Made by a program: the position numbers and the translations under genes. From an uncultured Desulfobacula sp. (GTDB taxonomy: Bacteria; Desulfobacterota; Desulfobacteria; Desulfobacterales; Desulfobacteraceae): a stretch of DNA of 64,000 bases. Position 1 is the first letter of the stretch. Every line of letters starts with the position of its first letter. Where the stretch lies: positions 16,387 to 80,386 of the forward strand of contig CAYUOB010000001.1 of the NCBI GenBank assembly GCA_964446145.1, written 5' to 3'. Shown piece by piece: positions 56,459 through 64,000 of this stretch. The notes beneath the pieces were generated by a model, which made no database searches, had not been told where the DNA came from, and saw only the letters and a program-made list of their open reading frames with translations.

Positions 56459-57535
56459 ATGGAAAACATACTTGATTTAACACGGGATGAAATTGGCCTG
56501 TGGCTTGAGAATAAAGGGATACGCCCGTTCAGGGCAGGCCAGGTTTTCAAGTGGCTGTACATTCGCCAGGCTGACAGTTTTGAGGAAATGACAGACCTGT
56601 CCAAGGATCTTCGTAAACTGATGGCGGGCAGTTTTGAAATCAGACGTCTTGCCGTTGAAGACCATCAGAGATCAGTGGACGGCACGCAGAAATTCCTGCA
56701 CCGCCTTTATGATGGCCAGCATATTGAATCAGTCCTGATTCCTGAGAAGGATCATTTTACCTTGTGTGTGTCTTCACAAGTGGGCTGCGCCAGAAACTGC
56801 AGGTTCTGCCTGACAGCCAGGGGGGGCTTTATCAGGAATCTTGGTGTGGGTGAAATTATTTCCCAGATAAGGGATGCAAGGAAATATCTGATTTCTCAGG
56901 ATACAGATCCCCTGAAATTGTCCAATATAGTATTCATGGGAATGGGAGAACCTCTGGCAAATTACGCAAACCTTATTAAGGCGCTTGATATCATAACAGA
57001 CAGTGATTTCGGACTTAAGTTTTCACCAAGGCGGGTTACTGTTTCCACTTCAGGGCTTGTACCGGAAATTACCAGGCTCGGCCTTGAAACCGATGTGAAT
57101 CTTGCGGTTTCCCTGAATGCAACCACGGAAAAGATGCGTTCTTTTCTCATGCCAATTAACAGGAAATACCCCATGACCATGCTGCTTGAAACATGCAGAC
57201 ATTTTTCCATGAAACCGAGAAACAAGATTACATTTGAATATATTCTGATAAAGAATCTCAATGATACAGACCAGGATGCGTTGAGGCTTGTAAAGCTCCT
57301 TGCAGGCATAAGGGCAAAGGTCAATCTCATTCCCTTTAACGAGCATGGTGCAAGTGAATTTAAAAGGCCCTCCAGACAGACTGTGAGTAATTTTCTTCAG
57401 ATTCTGCTTGACCGTAATCTGACTGCCATTACAAGGAAAAGCAAGGGAGATGATATTTCCGCCGCCTGTGGCCAGCTCAGGGCAAAACTGGCTCTGAAAA
57501 AAATACCTGACCATGATGCAGATCATCTGAATTAA
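56459..57535 (+). CDS. rlmN: 23S rRNA/tRNA m2A methyltransferase (radical SAM)
   Basis: CVSSQVGC..C.FC, VFMGMGEP, VSTSG and DISAACGQL. Confidence 0.95.
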   Translation: MENILDLTRDEIGLWLENKGIRPFRAGQVFKWLYIRQADSFEEMTDLSKDLRKLMAGSFEIRRLAVEDHQRSVDGTQKFLHRLYDGQHIESVLIPEKDHFTLCVSSQVGCARNCRFCLTARGGFIRNLGVGEIISQIRDARKYLISQDTDPLKLSNIVFMGMGEPLANYANLIKALDIITDSDFGLKFSPRRVTVSTSGLVPEITRLGLETDVNLAVSLNATTEKMRSFLMPINRKYPMTMLLETCRHFSMKPRNKITFEYILIKNLNDTDQDALRLVKLLAGIRAKVNLIPFNEHGASEFKRPSRQTVSNFLQILLDRNLTAITRKSKGDDISAACGQLRAKLALKKIPDHDADHLN

Positions 57536-57614
57536 AAAAAATATTGAATCTTTGTGGATTTGTTATATTATCTATAAAGGAGTTAATTAAAATTTTAACA
57601 GATCGGAAAAAAAT

Positions 57615-58100
57615 ATGTCAAATATCTCTTTAAAAGACAAAAAAGTACTGATTGTTGATGATGAACCAGATGTGCTTGATTCTCTGGAAGAACTGCTTGA
57701 CATGTGCCGGATCTCAAGGGCACAGAGTTTTGAAGAGGCTGACAGGCTTCTTAATACTGAAAAATTTGATATAGCTATTCTTGACATTATGGGGGTTGAC
57801 GGGTATCAGCTTCTGGAAACCGCCAACAGAAAAAAAATCATCACGGTTATGTTGACAGCCCATGCATTAAGCCCTGATAATATTAAAAAATCCTATCTTG
57901 GCGGAGCCTGTTCATATATTCCAAAGGAGGAAATGATCAATATAGAAGCATTTCTTATGGATGTATTAAAGGCAAAGCAGGCAGGTAAAAATCCCTGGAC
58001 AAGCTGGTACTCAAGGCTTTCTGCATTTTGCGAGGAAAAATTCGGCAAAGATTGGGACAAAGATGAAAAAGAATTCTGGGAAAAAATGATTTATTATTGA
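57615..58100 (+). CDS. Single-domain response regulator (REC) with Trp-rich tail
   Basis: VLIVDDEPD, LDIMG, MLTAH and YIPK. Confidence 0.85.
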   Translation: MSNISLKDKKVLIVDDEPDVLDSLEELLDMCRISRAQSFEEADRLLNTEKFDIAILDIMGVDGYQLLETANRKKIITVMLTAHALSPDNIKKSYLGGACSYIPKEEMINIEAFLMDVLKAKQAGKNPWTSWYSRLSAFCEEKFGKDWDKDEKEFWEKMIYY

Positions 58101-58123
58101 TCCTTATCCGGAAGCTTGAATTG

Positions 58124-58166
58124 AACAGCCCTTTTTTAAGGTGCAGCGCCTTAAAAAAGGGCTGTT
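58124..58166. terminator. Bidirectional intrinsic terminator between convergent genes
   Basis: 18-bp perfect inverted repeat AACAGCCCTTTTTTAAGG-N7-CCTTAAAAAAGGGCTGTT. Confidence 0.75.
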
Positions 58167-58174
58167 TGTTTTAA

Positions 58175-59176
58175 TCATATCATACTGGCCCGGAATTGTT
58201 CCGCAGCACCTGCCTGAACCCGGATAAAGCTTTGTGTGTCAGCATCTGAAATTTTCATCTCACAGATTGCACCGGTATCAGCCTTTGTATAGGAAGCGCA
58301 TATTATGGCTGCGGCTCTGATGTTTTCCATTGTGCCGGCTCCGGTCAGAATTACGTCAGGGCCTGGCATCTTTGCATGTTTTATTATGATATCCTTTGAT
58401 CTGTCTGCAATTTTGCCAAGCTTTATGTTTTCAGCCCTGGATCTGCCCACAATTACCTTGGTTCTTTTGTCCAGCCTGAAATGGCGGCCGTATTTGAGGA
58501 AAAAAAGCTCACGTTTTTCAAAATTTTTCTGGACATACATAAGATCCTTCAGGCGGGTGGAAAATGCCCTGTCCGTTAAAAGACATCCTCCTGCAGGAGA
58601 AGGATAGTCAGTGATTCCGAATTTTTTGGCAAGCTCTGTCTGAATCTTCCTTGACCTGCCTGAAATATCCAGCAGTTTTTCCCTCTGCACAAGCCCCTGC
58701 TTTTCCACAAGGGTCTCATTAAGCAGTTTTGCGCTGAGCGGCCTTAAAATCAGGCCCTCCAACCCTGAATTTTTTTCCACATACCTTAATGAGTTTCTGT
58801 TCTGGGATTTGGGGCGCTGTCCCAATACCTCCCCGCTGAAAAGGAAATGAAAATTCCCGTTTTCAACAAGCCTGCCCGCAGTTGAGAACATAAGCGCATG
58901 GCAGTCCATGCACGGGTTCATGTTTTTGCCGAACCCGGCTCTGGGATTTTGCATCATTTCCATATATTGCTCTGTGATATCAAGGGTGATAAGTTCTATG
59001 CCGGTCATGGAAGCTGCTTTTTTTGCCGATTCAGATGAAAAAAACGGTGTTTCAAAACATATCCATGTAACATCAATCCCCTGATCCCTGAGTACAAGGG
59101 CAGACAATATACTGTCAAGCCCTCCGGAGCAAAGGCCCAATGCCTTAATCTGTGTTGAGGTTTTATTCATATTCAT
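58175..59176 (-). CDS. ThiI-like PP-loop tRNA thiouridylase with NFACT-R (DUF814)-like C-terminus
   Basis: SGGLDS, NPCMDC, GEVLGQRP.SQ, RPLSA, PAGGCLLTD and GRHFR. Confidence 0.82.
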   Translation of the reverse strand: MNMNKTSTQIKALGLCSGGLDSILSALVLRDQGIDVTWICFETPFFSSESAKKAASMTGIELITLDITEQYMEMMQNPRAGFGKNMNPCMDCHALMFSTAGRLVENGNFHFLFSGEVLGQRPKSQNRNSLRYVEKNSGLEGLILRPLSAKLLNETLVEKQGLVQREKLLDISGRSRKIQTELAKKFGITDYPSPAGGCLLTDRAFSTRLKDLMYVQKNFEKRELFFLKYGRHFRLDKRTKVIVGRSRAENIKLGKIADRSKDIIIKHAKMPGPDVILTGAGTMENIRAAAIICASYTKADTGAICEMKISDADTQSFIRVQAGAAEQFRASMI

Positions 59177-59191
59177 ATATAATCCGGTTTC

Positions 59192-59827
59192 ATGGCTGTC
59201 AGCAGATCAAAATTAAAAATAATTTTAAGGACATTAAAGGAGCTGTATCCTGTTGTCAAGACCCAGCTTGATCATGGAGATGCGTTTCAGCTTCTTATTG
59301 CAACAATATTGTCGGCACAGTGTACAGACAGGCAGGTGAACCTGGTGACTCAGAAATTGTTTGCCTGTTATCCTGACCCACAGGCCCTTGCTGATGCTCC
59401 TTTAAATAAGCTTAAACAGATTATTTATTCCACCGGGTTTTATAATCATAAGGCAAAGAACATAAAAAAATGTGCTGGTGTGATTGTGCAAAAATATGGT
59501 GGCAGGGTACCGGATGATATTGCAGAACTTGTCAGTCTGCCCGGTGTGGGGCGCAAGACTGCCAATGTTGTGCTGTCCGCAGCATTCGGACATCAGACCA
59601 TTGTTGTGGATACCCATGTGCTGAGAATTGCAGGCAGGCTTGGTCTTACAGACAAGAAAGATCCTGTGAAAGCTGAATATGACCTGATGAAATCTGTTCC
59701 GCAATCATCATGGAACGATTTGTCCCTGCAATTGATTTATTTTGGCAGGGAAATATGCAGTGCAAGAAATCCCCGCTGCACTGAATGCCCTCTGATTGAG
59801 GTCTGCCCTGCAGATAAAAATTTGTAA
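59192..59827 (+). CDS. nth: Endonuclease III
   Basis: LSAQCTD, LPGVGRKTA (HhH), VDTHV and C-x6-C-x2-C-x5-C. Confidence 0.95.
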   Translation: MAVSRSKLKIILRTLKELYPVVKTQLDHGDAFQLLIATILSAQCTDRQVNLVTQKLFACYPDPQALADAPLNKLKQIIYSTGFYNHKAKNIKKCAGVIVQKYGGRVPDDIAELVSLPGVGRKTANVVLSAAFGHQTIVVDTHVLRIAGRLGLTDKKDPVKAEYDLMKSVPQSSWNDLSLQLIYFGREICSARNPRCTECPLIEVCPADKNL

Positions 59828-59828
59828 A

Positions 59829-60185
59829 TCAGGGCTTAAACTCTTTGATATAATCAACAAGTTCCATGCATTTTGTCTTAAGGTCGGCAAGCTTGGCATC
59901 AAGGTTGTCCATGTTATTGTCTTTTCCTGCTGATTCCAGTATCCAGGCGGCCTGTGCAGCCGGCTCAGCAGCCAGGTATCTCAAGGTGCCTTTGAGCTTA
60001 TGGGCATGGGCATCCAGCTCTGCTGCATTTTTTTCAAGCACGGCTTTTTTGATTGCTACATACAGCTCCGGCCAGTCCTGAATAAAATCTGCAAAGCATT
60101 CCTGGATGAGTTCCATGTCGTCATCCATGATTTCCTTTAATTCATCAAGGTTTACAACTTCTGTTGTATTTTCAGGTCTGCTCAT
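59829..60185 (-). CDS. Hpt histidine phosphotransfer protein
   Basis: AHKLKG motif in a 118-aa helical protein. Confidence 0.85.
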   Translation of the reverse strand: MSRPENTTEVVNLDELKEIMDDDMELIQECFADFIQDWPELYVAIKKAVLEKNAAELDAHAHKLKGTLRYLAAEPAAQAAWILESAGKDNNMDNLDAKLADLKTKCMELVDYIKEFKP

Positions 60186-60207
60186 GACAAGGCATGCTCC
60201 TTTTAAA

Positions 60208-60768
60208 TCATTCCTGTTTCTGATCCCAGAATTCCCGGCTTTCTTTTAAAATATCATTTATATCATCATCTATCAGGTCTTCTCCCAGTTCATCGTCTTC
60301 CAGATCATCTTCCCTGTCTTTTTCATGGCCGTTGTCATCATCGTCATCCAGGCCAGGTATTTCGTCATCCAGGCCCCCGTCAGTAATGCCGGCACTGTCT
60401 TCGGCCATGATCTCATCATCATTGTCTTCACTGAGGTCCGGACCTGCGCTGTCATCCTGAGCGCCAAGATCAATGCCAAAGAGGCCGGATCCTTCCTGTG
60501 TTTCAGAATTCTGGTCTGCACTGGAATCAGGAATGAAATTGCCCTGGCGGTCAAACATGAGGCTTGCACTCAGATGAAGATCAAAGTCGATCTTAAATGC
60601 TATTTCATTATTATGGACAACAATCTGACCGCCTTTTGAGGAAAGTTTTGCATCAGTTATTTTGTCTTTGATGATCTGTACTACTGCTTCAGGATCAAGA
60701 TCTTCTCCAAGAGATTCTATCAGGTCTTTTTCTCCGTTTTTGATGACATCAGGATCAGTTATTTTCAT
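60208..60768 (-). CDS. Hypothetical protein with highly acidic C-terminal half
   Basis: GGAG RBS. Ordered N-terminal ~80 aa followed by D/E-rich low-complexity sequence. Confidence 0.75.
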   Translation of the reverse strand: MKITDPDVIKNGEKDLIESLGEDLDPEAVVQIIKDKITDAKLSSKGGQIVVHNNEIAFKIDFDLHLSASLMFDRQGNFIPDSSADQNSETQEGSGLFGIDLGAQDDSAGPDLSEDNDDEIMAEDSAGITDGGLDDEIPGLDDDDDNGHEKDREDDLEDDELGEDLIDDDINDILKESREFWDQKQE

Positions 60769-60788
60769 TGCCAGGCTCCCTTTAAAAG

Positions 60789-62162
60789 TTATGAGTATGC
60801 ATTGTCTGCAAAAGTGTTTTCGATAAATTTGTCAAGGTCAATGAGTTTACCTATTTTCATGACATCGAACATATATTTTTGAATCTTGTCAAGCTCTTCT
60901 GCTTTGGGATACAGCCCATCCCACCTTATGGCCTTTGGCTGGGAAAACACATTCTGCAGGACCTGGGGATTAAGCCCTATTTTCCCATCAGGATCAAGAA
61001 AATTCACCCCTATTTTTGCAGCTCTGATTTTATCATTTTCAATGTATTCACCGGTTTCCACCAGCAGTGAGACAAATTCCTGTGCAGCTTCAGGGAATTT
61101 CTGGATGAATTCCTCCTGCATTGCCACAACGCAACAGGGATGATTTTCCCATCTTGTGGCTGAATAAAATTCCAGTTCACCTATTTCGCCGACAATGGCT
61201 TTTGTGGCAACAGGCTCTGCAACCATGAATCCTGCCACATCTTCATTCTCCTTCATGATTCCCGGCATTTTCACGGGCGGCACCACCTCAAATCTGACAT
61301 TGATTGATTTTTTGCCGGGTACACCGGGCTTAAGCCCCAGTTCCTTTAAAAACTGGTGGGCAAGCATATGGTGCACAGACATTTTATGGGGGATATCAAC
61401 TACTTTATATTTGTAAAAGCTCTGCAGGGAATCGAATCTGTGGTCATAATGGCGGGATCTTACAAAGGTACTGCCATTTTTATGGGCATATAATACCAGC
61501 CTTATGGGGCTGTCATAGGCAAAAAGGTCCATTGCAATGGGAGCAAGGACAAAGGCACAGTCTATTTCTCCATTTTCAAGGCCTTCCTGTATTGGATTCC
61601 ATCCAGGCTTTAAACTGGTTGTCAGGTCAAAATATTCAGGATCCACATCCCCTTGTTCAATTCTGTGTTTCAAAGCTCCAAGTGCGAGATGGTCAGTGAT
61701 CTGGATATGGGCCACATTGAGTTCAACTTTACCCCCGATCATCTGTCTTTGTTTCGGCTTTGGTTTGTTATCCTCAGCTTCGCCCAGAATGGCCTTTTCA
61801 ATGGCTTTTTTAATCTGATCTTCATCAAAGGGCTTTGGCACATGGGCATTTCCGCCTGCTTTCATGATGGCAATCTGCTGGGCCTTGTCAGACTGGGCAG
61901 TTGCCATGATAAAGGGCAGTTCCCTGAATTCATCTGTTTTCCTGAGGGCTTCAAGGAATTCCAGGCCGTCCATCTGGGGCATGTTCCAGTCACTGATGAC
62001 AAGATCAGGTTTTTCCTGTTTTACTTTTTCAATACCGTCTGCACCATTAACCGCCATTACAAGATTTTTAAACCCTGCCTTGTTTAAAATCTGTTTAAAC
62101 ATGATACGCATGGTTCCAGAGTCATCTGCCACAACAATCTTAATGTTCGGGTCTACGGCCAT
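60789..62162 (-). CDS. CheY-like receiver fused to NrtA/CmpA-type (NMT1_2) solute-binding domain
   Basis: ADD...SDWNMP.MDG...T...KPF receiver, then HIQITDH, LAPIAM, HKNGS, P...SVH, VAEP and HPCC. No signal peptide. Confidence 0.85.
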   Translation of the reverse strand: MAVDPNIKIVVADDSGTMRIMFKQILNKAGFKNLVMAVNGADGIEKVKQEKPDLVISDWNMPQMDGLEFLEALRKTDEFRELPFIMATAQSDKAQQIAIMKAGGNAHVPKPFDEDQIKKAIEKAILGEAEDNKPKPKQRQMIGGKVELNVAHIQITDHLALGALKHRIEQGDVDPEYFDLTTSLKPGWNPIQEGLENGEIDCAFVLAPIAMDLFAYDSPIRLVLYAHKNGSTFVRSRHYDHRFDSLQSFYKYKVVDIPHKMSVHHMLAHQFLKELGLKPGVPGKKSINVRFEVVPPVKMPGIMKENEDVAGFMVAEPVATKAIVGEIGELEFYSATRWENHPCCVVAMQEEFIQKFPEAAQEFVSLLVETGEYIENDKIRAAKIGVNFLDPDGKIGLNPQVLQNVFSQPKAIRWDGLYPKAEELDKIQKYMFDVMKIGKLIDLDKFIENTFADNAYS

Positions 62163-62236
62163 AGAAACACTCCTTCAATTTTTTCATCTCAATATTCATT
62201 ATAATTGATTGTATTAAATTGATACAGTTTATCAGA

Positions 62237-63067
62237 TTATTCGTTCCATGACCAGCTTACGCTATGCTGGATTTTCTGAATAATTCTGTCCAAAATGAAT
62301 CCTATTATACCAATGGCAATGATCATTGCCATCAGCCTGTCATATTCCATTGTATCCCTTGCATCATTTATCAGGTAACCAAGCCCGCTTGAAACACCCA
62401 GAAATTCAGCAGGTACAAGTACAATCCATGCCACTCCAAGTGCGAGCCTCAGGCTTGTGAGCATATAGAGCATGGAGGCAGGGATGATTATAGTCTTTAT
62501 AAGCTGAAAATTATCTGCTCCCTGGTTCAATGCCATTTTGATCCACTGGGGATTGATATTTAAAATCCCTATGGCAGTGTTTAATATTATAGGACATACA
62601 GTGGCCATTACAATCAAAAAATACACTGCAGATTCAAATTTTGTGAATAAAAGCAGGGCAATGGGCATCCATGACAGCGGGCTTATCATCCTGACAAACT
62701 GGACAGGAGAGTATGACAGGGCACGGATTTTTGGGTAAAACCCTATGATAATGCCGGATGGAACTCCTATCAGTGCAGCCAGAAAAATTCCCACAAGAAT
62801 CCTCCTTAGACTTGCTGCAACAGATATCCAGAATCTGGTTTCGTGAAACGCGGCAAACAAAGCCTTGAATGTCGGGCCGGGCAGAAATCCTCTGAATTGT
62901 ATGAACTGGGGCCTTGTGAAAATGAACTGGGATGCTGCCATCCACAGGCATATGAAGATAGTAAGTCCTATCAGCTCAAATTTCCACCCGAACTCCCTGT
63001 TGCCGAATACTGCATTCAGCCCGACCTGTTTCGGGTCTTTGTATATGAATCTGTTAACTGATTTCAA
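62237..63067 (-). CDS. ABC transporter permease (nitrate/sulfonate/bicarbonate family)
   Basis: SLRR, ISPLSWMP, GA-containing EAA loop, W..LV.AE and GLGYLI.DAR. Confidence 0.9.
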   Translation of the reverse strand: MKSVNRFIYKDPKQVGLNAVFGNREFGWKFELIGLTIFICLWMAASQFIFTRPQFIQFRGFLPGPTFKALFAAFHETRFWISVAASLRRILVGIFLAALIGVPSGIIIGFYPKIRALSYSPVQFVRMISPLSWMPIALLLFTKFESAVYFLIVMATVCPIILNTAIGILNINPQWIKMALNQGADNFQLIKTIIIPASMLYMLTSLRLALGVAWIVLVPAEFLGVSSGLGYLINDARDTMEYDRLMAMIIAIGIIGFILDRIIQKIQHSVSWSWNE

Positions 63068-64000
63068 TTGTTTCTTCCCTTGAGTACGGTTTTGTCATAT
63101 CACAATTGCAGAATTTTTTCATGCCTCCTGTTTTGTCCATGGCTTTTATTACAAAACTGTCGTCCACAAGTTGGTGTGCAGCTTTTTTTGTGTCAAGATT
63201 ATCTAAGAAAGCGGTGTTGCCTTCCACAAGGGTCTGGCGCATTCTGTCAATGATGAAGCGTGTGGCAGAAGGAAAAGGATAGGGCTGAAACCCTATTCTC
63301 TGAACATGCCAGTCAGGATGTACAAGCTCATCTGGCTCAGGATTCTGAAACACTTTCAGCAGAACTTTACCTGGAAACGGAAGATAGCCTTCTCCGTCCC
63401 GGCTTAAAAGATGTGCTGTCTCCTCCGGATTGTTCATGCACCATTGCTGTGCCCTTACAATGGCGTTTATTGCTTTTTGCACAATATCTGTGTTTTGTCT
63501 GATGAAATTTTCATGGGCAACCACAACACAGCATGGATGGTTTTTCCATATATCGCCTGTGAATCGCATTATTCTTGCATTGAACTTGACCTGGGCAAGT
63601 GCATTGAATGGATCTGCCACAATATATCCGTCAATTTTGTGGCTTAAAAGGGCCGTGGGCATATCAGGAGGAGGCAGAATCACAAGATTGACTTCATTTT
63701 TGCCTGTTTTTGCGTATAACGGTTTTATGACAGGGGTTAATCCCCTGAAACGTATTCCCATCTGAAGTATCAGATTATGCATGGAATACCATGAAGGAAC
63801 CGCAATGCGCCGGCCCCCGAGGTCTGCAAAATTATGTATTCCTGAATTCTGCATCACTGTTACAGCGCTCCCGTTGGTGTGGTCCCAGGCAAGAACCTTG
63901 ACAGGCAGCTTTTGTTTGAAACGCATCCATACCGGAATCGGGAAAAGCATATGGGTCAGATCGAATTTGCCTGCAAGAAATGATTCGGTCAGTATTTTCC
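63054..64000 (-). CDS. ABC substrate-binding protein (NrtA/CmpA-like), 5' end outside the window
   Basis: Frame is open to the window edge (ILTESFLAGKFDLTHMLFPIPVW). H.NGSA, P.WYSMHN, GYIVADPF and HPCC motifs. Confidence 0.88.
   Translation of the reverse strand, partial: KILTESFLAGKFDLTHMLFPIPVWMRFKQKLPVKVLAWDHTNGSAVTVMQNSGIHNFADLGGRRIAVPSWYSMHNLILQMGIRFRGLTPVIKPLYAKTGKNEVNLVILPPPDMPTALLSHKIDGYIVADPFNALAQVKFNARIMRFTGDIWKNHPCCVVVAHENFIRQNTDIVQKAINAIVRAQQWCMNNPEETAHLLSRDGEGYLPFPGKVLLKVFQNPEPDELVHPDWHVQRIGFQPYPFPSATRFIIDRMRQTLVEGNTAFLDNLDTKKAAHQLVDDSFVIKAMDKTGGMKKFCNCDMTKPYSREETIEIS

Noticed and set aside
60260..60480. TCATC/GATGA-rich repetitive stretch as a repeat array
   Set aside because: Explained by Asp/Glu codons of the acidic protein, with no fixed repeat-spacer period.
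1..64000. CRISPR arrays, IS elements, integrases, rRNA/tRNA genes, cobalamin or Moco riboswitches
   Set aside because: None recognised by eye, and intergenic regions are short. A covariance-model (Rfam/tRNAscan) search would be needed to exclude small RNAs.

Overview
Bacterial chromosomal window, about 45% GC by eye. Gene content and style suggest an anaerobic deltaproteobacterium, probably Desulfobacteraceae-like (inference). (1) The first ~27.2 kb is one minus-strand catabolic cluster that runs off the left edge. In transcription order it encodes iorAB, a family III CoA-transferase, etfBA (EtfA fused to a ferredoxin), an acyl-CoA dehydrogenase, GntR, meaB, a split B12 acyl-CoA mutase, hydantoinase A/B, a PaaK-like CoA ligase, a first xanthine-dehydrogenase-family molybdoenzyme, a TRAP transporter, a second 4-hydroxybenzoyl-CoA-reductase-like molybdoenzyme, and a Moco-binding protein. 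This enzyme set matches the anaerobic indoleacetate (iaa) pathway of Aromatoleum/Azoarcus. Here it is extended by indolepyruvate oxidoreductase upstream and an Hcr-like reductase with an altered active site downstream, making it a candidate tryptophan/indolepyruvate-to-benzoyl-CoA module. (2) The accessory middle region holds a selenocysteine peroxiredoxin (in-frame UGA plus SECIS, split in the ORF track), an HDOD-GAF protein, hydroxypyruvate reductase and glycerate kinase, an aminotransferase, trpB2, yqeC-xdhC-mocA, a eukaryote-type arginine kinase, a sigma54-driven MCP and a PiT transporter with a Pho-box-like repeat. (3) The right end is core genome (ffh-rpsP-khpA-rimM-trmD-rplS-rnhB-yraN-rsmI, rlmN, nth) followed by a REC/NrtA-like fusion, an Hpt protein and ABC transporter genes. 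No rRNA, tRNA, CRISPR array or mobile element was recognised. All calls come from motif recognition by eye; no database searches were run.
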